A stretch of 64,000 nucleotides of DNA from NCBI RefSeq assembly GCF_009914755.1, contig NC_060926.1, one strand, 5' to 3'. The position numbers and the translations under genes were made by a program. Shown here in pieces: positions 42,704-61,814 of this stretch. A model generated the notes under the pieces. That model made no database searches. It saw only the letters and a list, made by a program, of their open reading frames with translations, and was not told where the DNA came from. Each line of letters opens with the position of its first letter. The stretch's first letter is position 1. Source of the stretch: the human T2T-CHM13v2.0 reference genome, Homo sapiens.

Positions 42704-42867
42704 GGTTTAAGAAATCAGGCTGACCGTAAGTAATGTGTGTGGCCATAGTGTCAATTTAATAATCTATAATGGTGAATAATTGTTACATTGAACACTATAA
42801 TGAATCATAAAATAACTATCAGGAGCATTCTTTCTCTAGGGAGAACTTCATGATAAGTCAACTAAAA

Positions 42868-43018
42868 TAGAAAGAGAGGGAGGAAGAAGGAGGGAAGAAG
42901 GAAGGAAGGAAGGAAGGAAGGAAGGAAGGAAGGAAGGAAGGAAGGAAGGAAAGAAGGGAGGGAGGGAGGAAGGAAGGAAGGAAGGAAAGGAAAGAGAGAG
43001 GGAGGGAGGGAAGGAAGG
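42868..43018 (+). repeat. Polypurine tract with (GGAA)13 and (GGAA)5
   Basis: 13 consecutive GGAA at 42900-42951 and 5 at 42968-42987; ~150 bp purine-only. Confidence 0.97.
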
Positions 43019-43814
43019 TGAGTCTGGCCCCTGGGAGTCTGGGGCCTCCTCCTGCTGCTCTCTTGACAAGCCATGCTCAGGCCAGTCTGTGGTCATTCAG
43101 CCAGAAGATGCTCCACAAACCAAGCCTAATGGGATGAAGAGGACGCAAATATCCAGGGTCTTCATGCACCACTGTGATAAACCCGAAGGCCCAAAAAGCC
43201 ACCCTACAAAGCGGGTATGGGCCAGGGACAAGATTTTTTTTCAGGGGGTTTTCCTACCCGGAGGTCCGCAGACATTAACCTCATGGAGACCAAGAATATG
43301 TTTAGAAATTCATTACAAAAAGCACACCTGAGTGAATGTGCCTATGTCTGGAGAGAGTTCTACAGCTCCCTTCAGATTTTCACAGGGGTTTTTAACATCC
43401 CCACACTTCCCCCTGCTTTGTTCCTAGACTGGTAGACAACCAAATCTCTTACTCATAGATCCATTCTGTAATGACAACCACCATGAAAACTGTGCACAGG
43501 TGAGCAAAAGCACTCAATGGAAGCACAGGAAAGCAGGAAAGGACCATAAGTTCTTTCTGGGCCTTTTCCTGAATGCAGAAAAGTGATGTGGAACCACGTA
43601 CATAATTCTTGAGTAAACAGAGTGTGGTTGATTTGTGGATGCGTATACTGAAAAGAAGCCTCAGCATATCACACAACTCTCTGCACTCCCCTTGCACACA
43701 GGCTTTGCTATGTCCTTACTCCATCATGGTCACCTTTTTCTAGAACTGAGAATTGAGATGTAGTGTTCTGAACTCAACTTTTCTTATTTTTAATTCCTGC
43801 TAAGAATGGGTTAC

Positions 43815-44116
43815 TTTTTTTTTTTTTTTTTTTTTTGAGACAGGGTCTCGCTTTGTCACCCAGGCTGGAGTGCAGTGGTGCCATCTCGACTCACTGCAAC
43901 CCCCACCTCTCAGGCTCAAGTGATTCTCATGCCTCAGCCTCCTGAGTAGCTGGGATTACAGATGTGCACCACCACACCCAGCTAATTTTAGTATTTTTTA
44001 ATAGAGACGGTGTTTCACCATGTTGGCCAGGCTGGTCTCAAACTCCAAAGCTCAAGTCTGCCCACCTCAGCCTCCCAAAGTGCTGGGATTACGGGTATGA
44101 GCCACTGCACCCAGCC
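43815..44116 (-). mobile_element. Alu (AluS-type)
   Basis: Antisense full Alu with poly(T). Confidence 0.96.
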
Positions 44117-44699
44117 TGTGTTATATATTTTTTTTTAATCTGGGATGTTTCGTGAACGTTGTAGTGCTTTTAACTCTAGAACATCTTTGGGAAGCCACTG
44201 TTTTCTGAGAGAGGTACACATTTCAGAAAAGGAATTAACCATTTTCTAGGCAAAGGTACACTTAGGTTAAAACCATAGCAAAGCATTGTCTAGACACGTG
44301 TGAGTCACTTTCCCTTGCTCACAGATATTAAGGAGCCTGGCCCATTTTATTTCTTCAGCTTTGCTGACAAAACTCAACTTTGCTGTCTCTCTGTTCACTC
44401 ACCTTGTGGAGTAGGCTTTCTTTCCTAGTTGAAATTGTGCGAAGCGTGACCAATTAACTAAGAGTCTTAGCAGGATTTACTGCTGATCATATTTCACATT
44501 TGCTCCTGGAACTCCAGTGTGATAACAAGGATATTTGCTTTGCATACTAATTTGTATAGCCAATGATTAACTCTGTGTTGTATACAAGCGTGTGTTAGAA
44601 TCAGGGCTTTTAAAGTGGAAAGAGCTTGAAAACCTTCCTTCAACATATCCAGGGAATTCAGGGTTTGGATGATATTGCTCAAAGGCTGAGCAAGCTCCT

Positions 44700-45260
44700 C
44701 AATTTGTTATCCATGGCTGTGTAACAAATGATCACAAATTTAGTAGCTTAAAACAACACACATTTATCTCACAGTTTCTGTTGGTCAGGAGTCTGGACAG
44801 GAGTCCTGGAATGGCTTAGCTGGGTCCTCTGCCCAAGGACTTACAAGGCTGAAATCAAAGAGTCAGCCACAGCTGAGGTCTCACCTGAAAGCTCAATGGG
44901 GGCCTGGCATGTTATTGGCAGGAATCAATTTCTTACAGGTTGTTGGACTGAGGGCCTCAGTTTCTTGTTGGCTGTTGGCTGGAAGCTGCTCTCACAGTCT
45001 TACCACATGGGCCTCTCCAGATGGCTCGTCATCAAAGGCAGCAAAGAAGAGTTTAAATAGAGCAAAAGTGCTAGCAAGACCAAAGTTACAATCTCTCATA
45101 ACCTAGTTACAGAAGTGACATCCTCTCATTTTATCTAAATTCTACTGGTTAGAAGCAAGTTACAAGGCCCAGCCCACACTCAAGAGAAGGGGCTTACACC
45201 AGGGTATGATGATCAGGAGGTGAGGATCATTATGGTCCATCTTAGAGTCTGCCTGCCACA
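44700..45260 (-). mobile_element. MLT1-family MaLR LTR
   Basis: GTGTAACAAAT...GCTTAAAACAACACACATTTATCTCACAGTTTCTG...CCAGCCCACACTCAAG...GTCTGCCTGCCACA. Confidence 0.85.
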
Positions 45261-45419
45261 CCCTCCAAAGTCATATCTATTTGCAGTCTCTTTACAAAGA
45301 ACCTGCAAAGTTCCAATTCTTAAAACTTGTCTATGGATCAAGATGGCTCTGTCCAGGGTCAGAATGCAAGAAGTAGCAACAAGAGTTGCAGCAATCACGA
45401 AAATGAGCCACCAAGATCT

Positions 45420-45565
45420 GCTGTAGGAACATGGTTGACTTGCAGCCCCAGATGCCACTTCTCTGGATCCACCACTGTATTCTCATAGAGGCTACACTTC
45501 CTGCAGGCTGCTCCCAGTCCAGGCCTGAGCACTGTGGGCATACTGATGAAAGCCCATTCCTGTCA
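45420..45565 (+). mobile_element. LTR16-like ERVL LTR fragment
   Basis: GGCTACACTTCCTGCAGGCTGCTCCCAG...CTGAGCAC...GCCCATTCCTG resembles recalled LTR16. Confidence 0.45.
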
Positions 45566-46854
45566 TTCAGTCTAGCTCTGAGCACTGTGGGTGTATTATT
45601 GAAAGCCCATACCAGTCCTTCAGTGGTTGTAGCCCAGGCTGTGTCTCTGCTGGCATTGCAAATTTCTGAAAGAAGTAACTCTTGGATTGTGTCTTCATTG
45701 ACCCTAGCAGCTGGAGCCTGGGGAGAGCTGAGAGGTTATGGCAGAAGCTCTTCTCCATGGGGTTACCTGTACAGTTTTCTTCGTGAGCCAAGTGGGAAGG
45801 GAAAATGCCTTACCACGGGGCTGCAAACTTTAAAGTATCAGGAAATCTTGCTCCTGGCCCCTCTCCAGTTTCTCATCTTCATTAGCTTCCCCAAGACCCA
45901 CCCCCATCCTCTGTCAACATAGCGTTAAGCAGCTAGTACCAGACTGAGCATATCCTCTTTCTATGGTGACCACAGGTATCTCTCTTCCTCGGGTGCAATG
46001 ACTCCACACCAGGCTTGCTCATCTTCAAGTGCATAATCTTCAGTGGCTTATCAAAATATAGGGCCAGCCTGGAATCATTGGCATCCTGGCCTATTGTGGG
46101 GGCATGCCCTAGCCTAAAAGACGTACCCAAATTCCTGTTCCATTGACACAGGTCCGGAACCACCAGGCCTGACCTCAGGATAAAAGGGTCTCTTTAGTAG
46201 CTAACATAAGGGACAAGAGAGCCTTGGCATGGGCATGGTATGTAGGGTTTCACTGTAAGGGTGACTTTGTTTGTCACCCTTTCTTGCATCCCAAGATTGT
46301 GCAAACTGGAGGAATTGGTTACAACAGCATTCTTCGGCTTTGGGTTAATATAACTAGATCTCCAGGTTCAACAATGCAACTGATTCTCTTACTCATGATC
46401 TCAGATAACATGCTGGAAGGGGATACAGCCCGTGCTCTTCCATGCTATCTGCTAGCCATCCTCCAGAAGAAGGACTATTTAGGGGCTGCAGCAGGTGTAC
46501 TTATGTTACAAGCTCCAATTCCAACCTCTAGCACACAGCTTTAATCCAAACCAAGGCTTTCAGACCAAGAGTCTAAGATGTCTGACTTGGCCTATTTTCA
46601 TAATTTCACTGTCAAAAGTAATTTTTTTAGCCCAACCCAGAATTAAAATAATTAAGAATTTCTAACAAATTCCATATTTGAACAACTAAAAAACAAATTA
46701 TATTCATTTATTATAAAACAAAAAGGGGAAAAAACGTTCTAAGAATTTTAAAGAAATTGGCTAACAAGATGTCAGTTCTTCTATTTTGGCTTTACTTATA
46801 AGGAATATAACTTATCTTATAAAACCTGAGTAATGATTCTGAAAAAACTTGCGC

Positions 46855-46945
46855 ATTCATTCAGCAAATATTTATTAACATGTACTATGTACCGGGCTCT
46901 GTTCTAGGTACTGAGGACACAGTGGTAGACAAAGCAGAAAAAGGC
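46855..46945 (-). mobile_element. L2 3' end
   Basis: CATTCATTCAGCAAATATTTATTAA...TACTATGTACCGGGCTCTGTTCTAGG. Confidence 0.8.
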
Positions 46946-47143
46946 AGCAAAATCATACAATCCAAAAATCACAGAAATGAAAATTTGGTGTGACTCAATT
47001 ATAAAGCTAAATTTATATTTGGAGATCTTGAAAGGACTTGCTAATATACATTAACAGTTCCTTAAGATACTTTTTAGATAGCAGTAATTACTTTTTTGAT
47101 AATTCAAGAGACTTCTAAAGATCACATACACTAGGAAGGGTCT

Positions 47144-47508
47144 TGATGTGGTTTGGCTCTGTGTCCCCACCCAAATCTCACCTCAAATTGTAAATCTCAT
47201 CTCTTGAGGGAGAGACTTGGTGGGAGGTGACTGGATCAGGGCATCGGTTTCCCCCATGCTGTTCTCATGATGATGAGTGAGTTCTCACGAGATCTGATGC
47301 TTTAAACATATTTGGCAGTTTCCCCTCCCTCTCGCTCTTCTGCCAACAAGTAAGACATGCCTTGTTTCCCTTTTGCCTTCTGCCATGATTGTAAGTTTCC
47401 TGAGGCCTCCCCAGCCACGCTGAACTGTAAGTCAATTAAACCTCTTTCCTTCATAAATTACCTAGTCTTGGGTAGTTCTTTACAGCAGTGTGAACATGGA
47501 CTAATACA
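47144..47508 (+). mobile_element. THE1 (THE1D-like) solo LTR
   Basis: TGATGTGGTTTGGCTCTGTGTCCCCACCCAAATCTCA start, GGACTAATACA end; TSD GGTCT/GGTTT. Confidence 0.93.
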
Positions 47509-47887
47509 GGTTTACTAGGCTTGTATCCTTATTTCCTGTTAAATATTCTATGCAAAATTAGCTTTCCACCTACCTCTCCTTTTTACTTCCAAGTAAAACA
47601 AGTTAGGCTGAAAATATCAGGATAGTGTTAAGGCATTGCTAACACCGTCTTTGCAGACATGGCCCAGATGCCTCAGATCTTTAAGCTCTCTGAGTTAGCA
47701 CCAGAGTCAACAAACTCAGGAGCTTGCTGTGCTGCCCCGTTTGGCAGCTGTGGTTCCTGCTGAAAATCCAGAGTGATAAAATGCCTTTCATCCATCTGAC
47801 ACTTCGGCAGAAACTGTGGGCGGGCAGAGCTCCCCTCTGTTCCCCACGTCTTTCGCTCTTGCCATCCTCCACTTTGGAGGCCATAAG

Positions 47888-48749
<862 letters not shown>

Positions 48750-49176
48750 GCCATCAGCACTGAAATTCTAAACCCCAGCCTCCCTCACAACTTAGAAGTG
48801 GCTCTGTGAGCTCCATGTGGCCCACAGAGCCAAACTGCCAAATGTTGCTCCTGGAGAGCTAGGAATGTTCATGTTTTACTCATTGCTGATTTCCGACTGT
48901 AGAACAAAGAGCAGATGTTCAGTAAAATTTGATAGAACTAATTAACTAAATCACACATGCTATATATTTGTGTGCTTGCTAACTGTATTATTCAAGAGCT
49001 TGCACCATTTTTTCTATTAGATGTGTCTGATCATGAGAGTGTGGTGTTATCTTTTAACATGATAAGCTTTCATCGGATTCTCCTTTTAATTCTCAATATA
49101 CTTTCTATGTCAGACAGCTATGATCAGTATAAAGGTTTATATATGCAAAGTGTTTTTGAATTGCATCTTTTATTAA

Positions 49177-49497
<321 letters not shown>

Positions 49498-49499
49498 CT

Positions 49500-50880
49500 T
49501 TCCATCCTTTTGATGACTTTTGCCTTAAATTTATTTTGATGCCAGTATTACACAATACTTAAAATTCAAAGTAGACTGTATCAAAGTAGAGTGCATATAT
49601 ATGTATATGTGTGTATATATATATATGTATATATATATATACACACATATATGCACACCCATGTGTACATTTTGGCTCATATATCTTTGCCCAACTTTAC
49701 CGGTAACTTCTTCGTGCTTTTGGTGGGTCTCTTATGAACGAAATAGAGCTGAATTTTTATTCTTTTTAACCCAGTGTGAAATTCTATCTTCCAACAAGGC
49801 AATTTATCCAGTTTGCATTTACTATGGATGTATTTTTGTGTGTGCTTCCTATTTTCTGGGTTTTGAAAAATTGCCTTTTTTTCCTTTTCTGACTTTTCAT
49901 GAATTGCTTAAGTTTTTTGATATGGAACTTGACTTGTTTTATCTACAGTTTTATGAAAGCACTAGGTCCTCTATCTATTTTCATAATTTAATTTTTTTAC
50001 AAGTGTATATATAAATTCCATCTTTCTGTTTTGATATCAAGAACCAAATAGCAATAGCCTCCTCTTTTTTCCAGATGAGGTCTTTGTCATGCTTTTACTT
50101 TCTCGTTTTCTCCACCTACCATACTCCTTGCTTGCCCTACGCCCAGGTTCCATGGAAATGCTCTGATTTTCCCTTCAAGACTGACCTTTCTTTATTAAGA
50201 AACTTTCCTTAAAAATTGCATTAAATGTTATCACTACATTATCAGAAGTTACTTATTTAACAATTAGATGGGTTTCCTTGTTTATCCTGTTTCTTTTATA
50301 TTCTGTCTCCCCTTTTGTGAGGTTTTCATTCTGATTTATTTTTCATTCTGCTCTACTACCTCCTTGAATAATCTTTTCTTAATGAGAATAACTGTGGAAT
50401 ATTTTCTGAGCTCTTAAATATTTGAAAATAACTGGGTCTTCCATGTAAAGAATAATTAGATTGGGAATAAAATTCCAAGGTCACCATTTTTTCTTTAGAA
50501 CCTTGTAAAAATCACTGGCCTTTCATTTTGTGTTGCGACTGAGAAGCTTAATGAAAATTTGATTTCTTTCCTTCTAAACTATCTCTTTTCTACTAACTGA
50601 AATCAAGTAGGATCCTCTCTCTACACTGGAAATGCAGGATATGGCCAGGTGGGATGTTTCTTTCAATAATTCTCACTGGAGACTTTTTTCATGGACATTG
50701 CCACTCCTGGGTCTCTCCCTTTTATTATTACGATCTTTTCTTTGATACGTTTTCATGGACTTTTATGTTTCATATTTTATGTGGTAAAAGAATTTCTCCA
50801 CTTACTCTTCTACATCCTTAGCTTGGTTTTCAACAGTGCCTACCCTGCCCCACACTCGCTCTATTGAGACTTTATCCTGC
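49500..50880 (-). mobile_element. Very old L1/HAL1-like fragments, antisense
   Basis: T-rich; GGGTCTCTTATGAA, TTTTTAACCCAGTGTGAAATTCT, CTGAGAAGCTTAATG motifs. Confidence 0.5.
49591..49656. repeat. AT-rich palindromic microsatellite
   Basis: 23-bp perfect inverted arms 49604-49626 and 49629-49651. Confidence 0.9.
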
Positions 50881-52002
50881 TTGTACTAGGTCCCGTTCGT
50901 GGGTGTGTTTTGGTGACCAGGAAGCTTGCACACATGATTCAGCACTGTTTTCTCACTTGCCTCAGTGGGTGACTGAACTGATCCCTATAGGCACCAATGT
51001 AGACTCCATCTGCAATTTTGTAAATCAAGAGGCAGTCTTGCCAGGCAATGAGGCCGGTGGCTACAGGGTTCATCTGTGAGACCACCCTCCACTCAGTGTG
51101 AACTTCTATACTGAACATGGGGAGTTGGGAGAGATAGGCCAGGAGAAAGCTTGCCTTTCTTGATGTGTAGGTGGTCTGGGAAGAGGGTGTCAGGATCTTT
51201 TGCTAGGGAACAATAATAGGTGTGTTCGGGGCAGTTGTGTAATCAAGATCCCAGCTGCACCTGGTTTGCTACCTATCCTAAGTTAAGAAAGTAGATGGGG
51301 TAAATGTTTTCATCTGCAGTTTTTATGTAGGCATTTCATAGAACTGTGGAGGCTTTTTTTCTATTGCTAGCCAACCACAACCATCCCAGCCATTCCTCCA
51401 GCTTCCAATGAAGAGGTTTAGGTGCCTGAGACCACCCAGAGCTGGAATCACGGGAGGACAGCATAAAGACGTTGCACTAGCACTGTGCTATATCGTCCCT
51501 TTGCTCTTCCGTGTATTTGCTCACTGAAACCATGGTTAGTGGAAGCAACTGCCCTTCTTTTCCTTCTGACCCCTTTAACAAATCCTCACAATGGAACCCT
51601 ATGACAAAGCCCCACCTCCCCTTCCTTTACTTAGCAAAAACTCTGGACAACACTAGCATCAAGATTGTTGGTCTCTAGTATGGGACATGGAGACTGTTCT
51701 CAAACTGAACCTCTCCCTCTCCTCCTTTGCCCCCTCCACTGCCCCAACCTTGTTAAAAGGCTTGGTTCCCCTGGACTGGAGGTTGTCTGGGGGGCTAAGC
51801 TTTTATCTCTTAGGCACCGCTTTTATTCATGGAACACATTTACTGTTTCACATCATTCATTTATTCATTGGGCAACTGATGGACACTTTCCATCAGATGA
51901 CAAATGGCCAGGGCACATGCTGCAGTGGTCCAGTTCCATACCCATGGCAGACATCACTAATCAATCACGGTTTATTTGATCTGAGTCTAAATGCAGCCTT
52001 GG

Positions 52003-52565
52003 CTGTATTCATTTTCTATTACTGAGATAACTACCACAAACCTAGTGTAAACCACATAAATGTATTAGCTACAGCTCTGTGAGTCTAAAGTCTAACACGG
52101 GTCTCATCTGGTTCTGGTTAAAATTTAGGTGTTGACAGGGCTGTGCTCCCATCTAGAGACTCCAGGGGAATTTCCTTGCTTACTCTAGCTATTGGCAGAA
52201 TTGCATTCCATGCTGCTGTAAGACTGAAGTCACCATTTCCTTGCTGGCTCTTAGCTGGTGGCTGCCTTTCTCACCCAGAAGTCTCTCTCAGGTCCTTGCA
52301 CATAACCCCTTACAGCTCGGCATCAGAGGGTTGAGTCTGTCTCATGCTGCCATCTCTCTGACCTCTTTTGCCTCCTCTCCCACTTTTAAGGACTCATGTG
52401 ATTACATTGGTCTACCTGGATAATCCAGGAAAGATCTCCCCATCTCCAAGTCCTTATCCTTAAGAACATCTGCAAAGTCCTTTTTGCTATGTCTGGTAAT
52501 GTAGTCACAAGTTCCAGGGGACTAGAGTGTGGACAGCTTTGGGAGCCATTATCCTGCCTACCACA
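52003..52565 (-). mobile_element. MLT1 (MLT1D/E-like) LTR
   Basis: TGTATTCATTTTCTATT start; TTTTAAGGACTCATGTGATTACATTGG; ACATCTGCAAAGTCC; ends CTGCCTACCACA. Confidence 0.87.
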
Positions 52566-52849
52566 CACCAACAGCAGATCCTTTTCAATGTGCACTCCAG
52601 GGGTCACTGCAAATTGAATGATGTTAGAACTGGAAATGAAATCTACCAGACATATTTGGAATATATAAATGAGTATGTCCAACTCATCTCTATATGAAGA
52701 TTGTTCTTAGAGTAAATCATAAGATTGACACTTCCAGGAGAGAAGACAGTAATTAGCTGGTCCTTGTCACCACTGCACAGTGTCTTTCTGGGTTACATCT
52801 GAGCCTCCTTGACTGTTGCCACCCCAACTGGGAGCATCTGACTCCCACA

Positions 52850-53400
52850 GCGTCAGCTGCAGCTGCCAAGCTCCACTGACGTCACTTGACTTCCAGCCAC
52901 TTAGGGGTTCTGAGGCCACAGCTACCGGACATCAAAATAACCCATCCCGTTCAAAAAATAATCAGCAAAACAACTAAAAACAAAGCAGCTGTTTGAGCAA
53001 GTGTGGTTTTTTATCCTTTAACTGGTTGTTTTGTCCACTGACAGCCTAGGAAGCGCCTTCGCAAAGAAGGATGCGAGTTATTTAAATAATGGATTTTTTT
53101 TTTGCGCTGAGAATGACTTTGTGGATAAGAGTGATTGACGCCTCCACGGGTCTTGGATAGGCAAGGATGTAATTAAGAAGCCAGCTGATGGGGTTAACAA
53201 ATCCCCCTCTCACTTTGGAACACTGATGCATGGAATAAATTGTATTCTTAACCAGCGTCCAAATTAACCATTTCCTTCACTTCCCCTCTTTGTCACTGTT
53301 GGTGCATTTTTGCTTGCATTTTTAGAGGTTACTCCCAGCAGTGCTATCACTTGGGCCTTAATGGGTTATCTATCTAGGAAGAGATAATTTATGATCATTA
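52850..53400. promoter_or_regulatory. Candidate enhancer in unique DNA
   Basis: Tandem CAGCTG E-boxes 52854-52865, full CRE TGACGTCA 52877-52884, TAATTA, several retained CpGs. Confidence 0.3.
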
Positions 53401-53782
53401 TAAGTCTGCATACAAGTTTATGTCTTAACTGATTTATTGTTTAACAAAATAAAACCTGCACATTGGTTTAAACAAATCAAAAACTTCTGCAAGAGTTTTA
53501 ATAAAAGCAACAAATTCCTGCTTCATTCCTTTCTCCTCAACCCTTGCTCCAGAGGCAGCACTGTTTGATTTTTTCTCCCTGATGATTATCCCTTATGTCT
53601 AAATATTATGCATATACCACTCAGCTCTGATTTGTCAACTTTTTATTTGCTGGTGGCTTTCTGCTATGATGTATCTCAGAATATCATTCCCTTCATCCAA
53701 CAGTGTCAAATTATTATTTTTGGACCCTTTCACAAGCATGAACCTCCCAATAACCTCTTCCACTCCTAATTAAATCTCCTAA

Positions 53783-54078
<296 letters not shown>

Positions 54079-54199
54079 CCAATCTCCTAATTCTGTCTCA
54101 GTTTCTGCTTCCCAGCTAGCACACTGCTACCAGGAGGGTCTGAGGAAGCAGGTGGTAAGATGAGCTTTGCAAAAGATCATTCAAAGCATAAAGATCTCA

Positions 54200-57870
<3,671 letters not shown>

Positions 57871-59008
57871 CACTCACTGTAGTGATGGTCCAGATATACT
57901 GCCTAACCTAATGAGAGAGACGATAACTCATAGAACAGCTACCAGAAAAAGAAGGCTCTTCCATTGGGAAAACCCAAATTGGAAGACAGCTGAGGGCTGA
58001 GGGCTGATCAGGGAAGAGATTTATTTGTTCCCTGTCCTCTTTGGTCCCCCTTGAGCCCTGTCACTGTCAGGCACATCGGATAAGATGCCCAGCACAGGTC
58101 TGATGGAGCTGTGGAAGCGGATATACCCATGAGCTACCAGACTAGTAGAATTGTTTTGCTGTTTTCAAGGACAGCCTAGGTAGCAAGTTGGCACAGAGTA
58201 AGTCAGGGTTCTTCTAAAAGCCAGTGGGTCCGTTGTGCTGAAGCAGTCCCCAGATGATTCTCCTCCTTGGAAATCGTTGGAGGGATTCATTAGCATCAAC
58301 AACCCAGCCTCTTCAAATGCATGCGATTCTAATTCCCAAACCACGGGCGTTGAGTCCCTGCGTGCACAGTCTCCTATGACTTGCAGCATTTTTCTTACAT
58401 TAAATGTTCCTTGTCGCTGTTCAAATGAAACATATCAAGACAGTCGTGGGGTACGCACCGCATGGTTAGCCTCCCTGTCTCTGGCAACCCTCCTGAATGA
58501 CACTAAGAAGCATAATGACATTCTTCCAGACCTGGCTAAATCATTTTAATCACATAAACCATAAGCACCCCTGCTGCTAATCCCAGCTCAGGGCTTCCCG
58601 GTTCCTGAAGTCAGCCTAGTAGGGAATTCAATTAATGATCCACCCTGGCGGAATACTCAGTTGTTACAACTGGGAAAAGAGATTCGCAGCAGAGAGAAAT
58701 GGGAATTGCAGGTTACCATGCAACCCCTTTGTGTCTCATAACCAGCAGCACTGCCTCTTAGAGGAAGGATGGCGGTTTTGTTTTGGTTCATTTGTCAAAT
58801 CAAAATTTCCATTTTCTTGTCTAGTCACTGGTTACCATCTGTTTAGCAAAAGGACTATGAAAACTCTACTTCTATGTTTAGCTTCTTGAAATGTTTGTGT
58901 GTCTACTTAAAGAGTTTTCCTTCTTACGTTTTTGAGAGAAGTAAAACCATATTCAATGTGCATAACAGCAGCACTTTCTTTCTAGACTGTAGAAAGAAAA
59001 GTAATTCA

Positions 59009-59338
<330 letters not shown>

Positions 59339-59759
59339 GCATTCAAAACTTAAAATTTTTCTTTTAATTTCACATGAATATAGTTCAGACATAGTGGACA
59401 TAGTGTTCAAATAGATTTTCTTTTATTTAGTGTTCTGAAGTCCTTTCTCTCATTACTTCCTTAAACTGCCAGTTTTACAAGTAATGTTTTTTTCAGAAAA
59501 ATTAAAAATGCTATTTTTTCCTCTTCTTTCTAAATGAATATATAAATGTCTTGGAAGAGTTGTGTAACCATATTGCAGAAAACATGGAAAATAGAAAATA
59601 TTAGTCACAGCCCCAGTGTCAGAAAACAAATGTTTAGTATTTGTTAGAACTACTTTGCCCCCGTCTGTTGTTGTTTGCCTTTTGATTTTTGCAGTTTTTA
59701 TAGTCACAATTTTTTTAACTTTTATTTATTTAGATATCATTTTTAAGCTCAGAAAGCAT

Positions 59760-60186
59760 TTCAGAAAAATGTGAGGCATAATAAAATTGTAGAGTTTACT
59801 TAAGAAGCAATTCCTGAATTAGAGAACACCAGACTGCAAAAGGTTTAGTGTTCCAGTGGCCAATTGCCTGGGGCAAGTATTTATGGGGTAAATATGGAAG
59901 CAAAATAAAGAAATTATGTGATGGGTTTGCAATTACAAAATTGCCCTTTTTTTAAGTATCTTGATGGAAAGTCACAAAATCATGTTAGTTGGATGTTTAT
60001 CATACGTTAGTTGGCTGGGGTTATGTTTTAGTTCTAACGCAAGCATTTATCAGAAATGATGCAAGTTTTGTTTTGCTTAGGCTTGCAATTTAAGCAAAAT
60101 TGAAGATATTTGTAAGACCTACCTGATTTTGTTTGCTCAGAAGTTTTTCAGGCCTCAGTCTTCATTTTAATTTTGTTCTTTTAACA
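59760..60186 (-). mobile_element. 3' LTR of an old ERV1-class provirus (family not assigned)
   Basis: Minus strand: purine tract AAGTGGGAGAAA directly before TGTTAAAAG...; CATAAATA and AGTAAA signals downstream; lies 3' of the env remnant. Confidence 0.7.
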
Positions 60187-60289
60187 TTTCTCCCACTTCG
60201 GTCACTCCTTCAGCAAGCCCAGAGTGTGACCAAATCGCACAGCTTTCCTCTTGCTTAGCACTATTGATGCACTTGCTGGGATGAAGAGT

Positions 60290-61103
<814 letters not shown>

Positions 61104-61250
61104 CTATGAAAACAAAAGAAAAACAAAGGTTAACATTTGAAGCAAATTATGGTCTTTCTTATCTGCCAAAAGACAGCTAGTCAAGATTTTAGATTTGAGA
61201 TTGAAGCATCTTTAGGTGGTGGAATGAAGATGGCGGTTGAATGTTTCCTG

Positions 61251-61814
61251 TGTTGATGAAAAGAGTCAAACTCTGTAAAATAATTGAAATTCTGAGCCAA
61301 ATATGAGTGACCAATGGCCCGTGACACAGCCCTCAGAAAATCCTGAGAACACATGCCCAAGGTGGTCAGGGTAGAGCTTGGTTTTATCCATTTTAGGGAG
61401 ACGTGAGATGTCAATCAAATACTTGTAAGATTTACATTGGTTCCATCTGGAAAGGCAGTTCGATTGGCAACTGGTTGAAAGAGTTATTATCTAAAGACCT
61501 GGAATCAATAGAAAGGAATGTCTGGGTTATGATGATAAGGGGTTATGGAGACCAAAGTTTCATCATGCAGATGAAGCCTCCAGATAGCAGGCTTCAGAGA
61601 GAATAGACTGTGAATATACCTTATCAGACTTAAGGTCTGTGTTGATGTTAATGCTGGTCAGCTTTTCCCGAATTCCAGAAGGGAGGAGGGTATAATGAGG
61701 CAGGTTTGACACCCCTTTCCCATCATGGCCTGAACCAACTTTGGAATGCCCTTGGCCATGAGGAGGGGTCCGCTCAGATGATTGGGGGGGCTTAGAATTT
61801 TATTTTGGTTTACG
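61251..61814 (-). mobile_element. MER4-group LTR (MER4B/D/E-like) inside the older provirus
   Basis: Minus strand begins GTAAACCAAAATAAAATTCTAAGCCCCCC and ends TTTTACAGAGTTTGACTCTTTTCATCAACA. Confidence 0.88.

Noticed and set aside
42848-43096. PSFL-repeat ORFs
   Set aside because: Translation of the (TTCC)n microsatellite.
58165-58549. 104-aa and 74-aa ORFs in unique sequence
   Set aside because: No recognisable protein, the plus-strand ORF starts at GTG, and there are no convincing splice signals.
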